Source of the DNA: Azolla caroliniana
Taxonomy: Eukaryota > Plantae > Polypodiophyta
Assembly (NCBI GenBank): GCA_043228905.1
Contig: JBHGNT010000623.1
Location: forward strand, 1-18,961
Reading direction: 5' to 3'
DNA length: 18,961 bases
Numbering within the stretch: the stretch's first letter is position 1; each line of letters starts with the position of its first letter. Below the pieces are notes generated by a model that was given only the letters and a program-made list of their open reading frames with translations, was not told the origin of the DNA and made no database searches. The position numbers were made by a program, and so were the translations under genes. Of the stretch, positions 10,641 to 16,006 are shown in pieces.

Positions 10641-11620
10641 CCCAAAAATCATTGAATGGAGCTATCGAGCCAGAAGAACAACAAGAAATTGGATCGAATC
10701 GGTAGACAACGTAGTGTGAGAAACAGGGGCGAGGCTATACAGATGCCACCATTACATGAGGCTCTGGTAGAATTACATAGAGAATATGATAAGGATAGCC
10801 GAGTAGCCAAAGATATGGCTGATTTATACAAAAAATTAGCAACGACGTCTAAAGTACTACATGCACAATGTACAAACATGAAAACTGAAAACCTATAGTT
10901 GATAGAACAACTCCGACAAACAAAAGACCAACCACAGAAAACAAGGTATGAATTGTTGCAGAAGGAGTCAAGCAGACCTTTGGAGGTTGATCAAGAATTG
11001 CAACAAAAGCTACAACAAGTAGAAGCAGCATTCAAGGCGGTGGAAGCTAGACTCAAAAAAGCTGAAATCCGATCCAAGAAACTGGAGGATTGGATACAAC
11101 TGGCAAAGATGAAAATCGGAAAATGGCTCGATGCAAAGGATGAATTAATTCAACATCTGCACCGAAAGTTAGCACAGCAACAGGAAGCCACGCACCAAAA
11201 CACTGAGCAACAAGTGGAGGAGCTTGAAGAATATGTAAATGTACAAACAGAATATTTTGCAGAAGATGGTCGGAAAAGACACCTTGCTGAAGGAAATCAA
11301 CGAAAAATATAACAAACAACAGGAAGAATGGGAAGTAGATAAGGAAATTCTGGAAAGATGGTGTTCAGAAGAGGAAGTTGTGTTTGAAAAAAGGCGACTT
11401 GACCTATTACTCGCGCAAAACAAGCTGTTGCAGACAGAAGCAGAAAATAATGCTCAAATTGATGATTTACGAAGATCATTGGCAGCAACATAGTTTCAGG
11501 CAAGTATAACCGAAGAAAAAATTGAAAATGGTGAATGAGTCCATCGATAAGGGCTAGAAAACCTGGTGGACACAAGCAGCCGAACTTCAGTTGTTACGGG
11601 CTGACAAAGACAATAGGAAG
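10641..11620 (+). pseudogene. Disrupted ORF for a long predicted coiled-coil protein of unknown function (probable retrotransposon 3' accessory ORF)
   Basis: ORFs 10656-10898 and 10899-11312 share a frame across one TAG; 11239-11493 continues after a frameshift; ...LKMVNESIDKG*KTWWTQAAELQLLRADKDNRK follows a second shift. E/Q/K/L-rich with heptad-like spacing and little Pro. Confidence 0.6.
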
Positions 11621-11749
11621 CACGCAAGCCCACTACACCTTCACCTTAGACACTCTCACTTTCTCACACCACTTTTATGTCTTGCCCCACCAACTCTTCC
11701 CCCTTACCTTAGGTTGCCCACTAACTGCTTGTCCCATGAGTTTCTCTGA

Positions 11750-12006
11750 TCCCCCTCCTACACGATAGCCCTCCTGTCCCCCACCTCAACCAAGTCCAAC
11801 TAGCCCTTAGTCCACAAGAGTGATTGATCTTTCTTTGCCAAATGATCTTTTCCCCGACCCCCCTCTGACACGATAGCCCTCCTGTCCCCCACCTCAACCA
11901 AGTCCAGCTAGCCCTTAGTCCACAGGAGCCTCTGACACGATAGCCCTTATGTCCCCGACCTCAGCAAAGTCCAACTGGCCCTCCGTCCACATGAGTGATT
12001 GATCTC
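11750..12006 (+). repeat. Three diverged ~65-75 bp direct repeats (C-rich, Pro/Ser-coding frame)
   Basis: ACACGATAGCCCT...TGTCCCC.ACCTCA.C.AAGTCCA.CT.GCCCT..GTCCACA.GAG starts at 11760, 11868 and 11935 (spacings 108 and 67). Confidence 0.9.
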
Positions 12007-12052
12007 TATTCGCTGATTGATAGCTCGTTTTCCGTCACTAGCCCCGTCCAAC

Positions 12053-12237
12053 TATCAAAGCCGACAGTTCCACGGGGATGTCCTCAACGTCTTTGCAACT
12101 CAACTACGTGTTCGTAGATGGTTACATCCCCACGCCATCTTCACCGAACGCCTCAACAAGACCCTCAAACACGAGATGGCTGCATAAATCAACCCTTTTC
12201 GAGCAGTCTATGGGTGAAACCCTCGCCTCACACTAGA
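12053..12237 (+). pseudogene. Degenerate, internally shortened retroviral-type integrase core-like remnant
   Basis: Manual translation YQSRQFHGDVLNVFATQLRVRRWLHPHAIFTERLNKTLKHEMAA*INPFRAVYG*NPRLTLE resembles DQGxQF...HPQANGxTERLNKTL...PFxxVYGRxPRL. Confidence 0.5.
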
Positions 12238-12300
12238 ATCCTCCATGGATTTCCATTTGAAACCTGCCATCAAATGTTCCCCCTCCTTCGACAAGCCACT

Positions 12301-12334
12301 GTTCTTGTTCTTGTTCTTGTTCTTGTTCTTGTTC
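12301..12334 (+). repeat. (GTTCTT)5+ microsatellite
   Basis: Five perfect hexamers plus GTTC. Confidence 0.95.
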
Positions 12335-12383
12335 ATGTACCTGTCATGTTCTTGTTCATGCCCCTCAATCTCTTGTTTCTCAT

Positions 12384-12571
12384 AGGGGGAAATGTGGTGT
12401 GCACGTGTTCCTTTGTGCCACCCTTTTAGCTCACCCTTTTTAGGATGCACGTACCCAAGTTGACCCTTTCTAGCCAAGCCAACCCAAATGGGTTTCGTTG
12501 TGTCAACTATAAATTGATTAAGAAGTAAGAAGCTAACTAGATTGATTTTGATCTCTTATGTGCATTTCACA
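12384..12571 (+). repeat. Possible PPT (AGGGGGAAA) followed by a short or truncated 3' LTR
   Basis: AGGGGGAAA at 12384-12392 abuts TGTGG at 12393; TATAAA at 12508; ...TTTCACA at 12571 before the low-complexity array. No second copy in the window. Confidence 0.4.
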
Positions 12572-13126
12572 ATATATATTACCATATGTAAATATGTACA
12601 TACACATGCATACATGCATTACATACTGCATGCATATTAGAATCAGCCACATATATTTAAAGAAAGAAAGAAAGAAATATTAGCGTCATCTAAGACCAAA
12701 ATTGGCCCATGAGATAATTGGTTTACAACAAAAATGGGGTATTTACCCATTCATCGAAAGTAAAAACATATATATGTATTGACATACATATATGCATAAT
12801 ACATACAATAAAATTACATATTACATATATACATACACAAATGCATATATGCATACGAAACACAAAAAATTAAATTACATATTATATATGTACACATACA
12901 CATACATATTAATACCTAAGATTGCATATTATATGTATACAAATCTTCATACTTACAAACAAGTTACATATATATACACGTGCACACACACATAAATAAA
13001 TTATACATAGCATATAATCCATACCTATTACACAATATATAAATTTACACATACATAAATTATATATACATATTCCACATATCACCATATATATAGATTA
13101 TATTGGACCATACAAACCACAATACT

Positions 13127-13177
<51 letters not shown>

Positions 13178-14052
13178 TAGATATATGTATACTTACACAT
13201 ACATTGGATATATACATGCATGCATATTACGTACATATTACAAACATACATCCATATACATACTAATCATGAAGATATCCCAAAAATATACATGCATAAA
13301 TACATTACATATCTACACATACATACATTCATACATTTACATACATATGACCACATACACACACACACACATACATACATATTATGCACATATTACAAAC
13401 ACATTCATACTCATTGAATCATATATATTGACATATACATACATGCATACATATACATACATTACATATGTACATACATATTCCACATATCACCATATAT
13501 ATACGTACATATGCCTACAATGTTATAAGTTTTACAAACATACATCCATACACATAAATACATTACATACACATAGATACATACATATCATCACAAGCTA
13601 CAATACATACATATATACATAGACATACATTAATATTACGAACAAACATCCACACACTCATGTATGCATATATGCATACACTATTACACTATTACACATA
13701 CATACATTCATGCATTTACATATATACATTGCACATGCACATATTAGAATCACACATGCATATACATTGTTACATATCTACACATATGTATGTTCATGCA
13801 TGTACATACATACATTGCATATGCATATATTACAATCACACATTCATATACATTGACGTATGGATATATGCATACACATACCTACATTACATATGCATAC
13901 ACATATGTACATTCGTACATGGACATACCTATATTCATTTATAAATTGCTACATATACATACATTAGATATAACATTAATATTATGCACATATTACAATC
14001 ACACATCCATACACATTGAATCATGTACATTGTCATATGGATATATGCCTAA

Positions 14053-14086
<34 letters not shown>

Positions 14087-14090
14087 TTAC

Positions 14091-14121
<31 letters not shown>

Positions 14122-14571
14122 CATACATACATACATACATGCATGCATGCATGCATACATACATGTATATATACATACATACATGCATGCATACATACAT
14201 ACATACATACATACATACATACATACATACATACATACATACATACATGCATGCATGCATGTATATATACATACATACATTACATATGGATATATGCATA
14301 CCATATGTACATTCATACATGGACATACATATATTCATTTATACATTCCTACATATACATACACATATATACATTCGAAATATACATATATATTATGCAC
14401 ATATTACAATCACACATCCACACACATTGAATCATGTACATTTACATATGCATATATGCATACACATACATACATACATACATACATGACATATGCATAT
14501 ATGCATACACATATGTACATTCATACATGGACATACCTATAGTCTTTTATACATTGTTACATGTACATACA

Positions 14572-14603
<32 letters not shown>
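12572..14603. repeat. ~2-kb compound ACAT/AC/AT low-complexity array with higher-order repeats
   Basis: (CA)n at ~13137-13176; (TACA)n at ~14092-14140, 14192-14247 and 14563-14600; recurrent 40-50 bp blocks. Confidence 0.95.
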
Positions 14604-14639
14604 ATTTTTTTTCCAAAAAAACATCTTCTTCATTAGTAG

Positions 14640-15530
14640 AACTTGTACATCCATGACAAAATGATTACACTAACAACCTTATAAAGGATGTAGTCATGTA
14701 GACCAATAAAAACTACAAAGAGTCAAAGTATAAAAGTACAAAGAATGGTGAACGCCTACAAGAATGTTCTTTCCATCACCTGTAATCATTGGCTTAAACA
14801 CTGAACTATAATGAAAACATTGCAGGAGACTATCTTTCGAAATGGAAGCATCTGCAACAGTTCATGTACTTTCTATAAGAATCCACACGTATCATATAGA
14901 TCAAACAATGCATTACCAACAACCTGGTTTCTCTTCAGCCTGCCCATGTCTTGGTTTCTCTTCAGCCTGCCCATGTCCTCAGTCTTTACATGCATTTCTC
15001 TGCCCTTTTCTAATGCTCCAATGCGAGTAGCAGCTTTATCTTTTATAGTACCTACAATTGTGACAGAAGATTCAACCTAGTTTTGAATTGGAAGCATATT
15101 TTGTAATGAGAACATTGCAGTAGACTATCTTTTGAACGGGAAGCATAACAAACTGTTCATGTCTGTGATTTCATCTCCAGAACTTTGTTGATGTTGCATC
15201 TTCTTGACTTGATCAACGCGTCCTCACGTTGCTCCTCTTTTTTCTTTTTCAAGTGATCCAACATGTCAACTATTCATCTGAGATGATCCCTTGACATTGC
15301 ATATGTTGTAAACCTTCCAACTATCATGAAGACCAGTCGTGCTATTAATGCCTTCCATGGCACCACATCACGAAACGAGACCTTATTGACTACATCTCTG
15401 ACTTGATCTATCCCACCAACTTTTGAATACATATCCATTAAATAAAAAACATTACTCTCCACTGCCCATTTTCCACAACTTTTAGTTTAGCACAAGCTTT
15501 CGGAAGCACAAAGACAACATAATCTGTAGG
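14640..15530 (-). pseudogene. PLS-class pentatricopeptide repeat (PPR) pseudogene fragment
   Basis: Minus-strand pieces: PTDYVVFVLPKACAKL; ESNVFYLMDMYSKVGGIDQVRDVVNKVSFRDVVPWKALIA; MLPVQKIVYCNVLITKYA; RIGALEKGREMHVK; VVGNALFDLYDTCGFL*KVHELLQMLPFRKIVSCNVFI. These match P-L-S consensus with deletions and stops. The left limit below ~14800 is weak. Confidence 0.85.
14925..14977. repeat. 27-bp tandem duplication inside the PPR remnant (DMGRLKRNQ x2 on - strand)
   Basis: TGGTTTCTCTTCAGCCTGCCCATGTC at 14925 and 14952, identical. Confidence 0.95.
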
Positions 15531-15954
15531 TGTTGCATATGTACAAACCAAACCTTCCTTGCTGCCCTACAGTTGTTTCCTTCTGTTGGCCGGTCAGAGA
15601 AGGCAAATGGGAAAGCAAGGTCGGATCGGATAAATATAGAAATAGGAATAGAATTATTAGGAGGGACGGATCCGGTAGTTGTAACCGATCCGGATCCGAA
15701 CCGATTCGGTTTCGGTTAACGGTTGCCTACCGAGCACCGATTGTAATCTGGCCGGATGCCTATAAAAGGATCCGATGTTTTGTAATGAAGGGGCGAAGAA
15801 TTAATATAGTTTTGCTTATGCTGATTAATCTTGTCTTCGTCTGTGCTTAAGTATAATTATCATACGCGTGTATTAACATCCTATCCCTACCACCCCTTTG
15901 GAGAAGTGTCGGATAGACACCTGTGTTGCGGCTAGTCCAGCCATACATACGACA
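15531..15954 (+). repeat. 5' LTR of element H (424 bp)
   Basis: TGTTG/CGACA near-inverted termini, TATAAAAGG at 15761, CGGATCCG/AACCGA-TCGGTT cluster at ~15667-15724, PBS 6 nt downstream. Confidence 0.85.
15761..15769 (+). promoter_or_regulatory. TATA box of LTR H
   Basis: GCC-TATAAAAGG-A; the same 13-mer occurs in LTR F at 6788-6800. Confidence 0.7.
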
Positions 15955-15960
15955 CTATTT

Positions 15961-15970
15961 TGGCGACCAC
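15961..15970 (+). promoter_or_regulatory. PBS complementary to plant tRNA-Arg (UCG-like) 3' end
   Basis: TGGCGACCAC after LTR-terminal CA + CTATTT; isoacceptor assigned from recalled tRNA sequence. Confidence 0.7.
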
Positions 15971-16006
15971 GATTCCTGCAAAGTGCAGAGGACAACCGGG
16001 GGATGG

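Noticed and set aside
10641-11620. Calling the coiled-coil ORF an envelope (env) gene
   Set aside because: No signal peptide or transmembrane segment visible; position alone is insufficient.
11750-12006. Repeat-spacer pattern as a CRISPR-like array
   Set aside because: Only three long diverged repeats, irregular or no spacers, no cas genes, eukaryotic TE context.
12792-14542. Many His/Thr/Tyr/Ile- and Met/Tyr/Val/Cys-rich ORFs
   Set aside because: Artefacts of ACAT/AC/AT microsatellite translation in all frames.
14807-15161. Diverged ~60-bp direct repeat (14807-14867 vs 15102-15161) as TE termini
   Set aside because: Both copies encode the same PPR motif segment (MLPxxKIVxCNVxI) on the minus strand.
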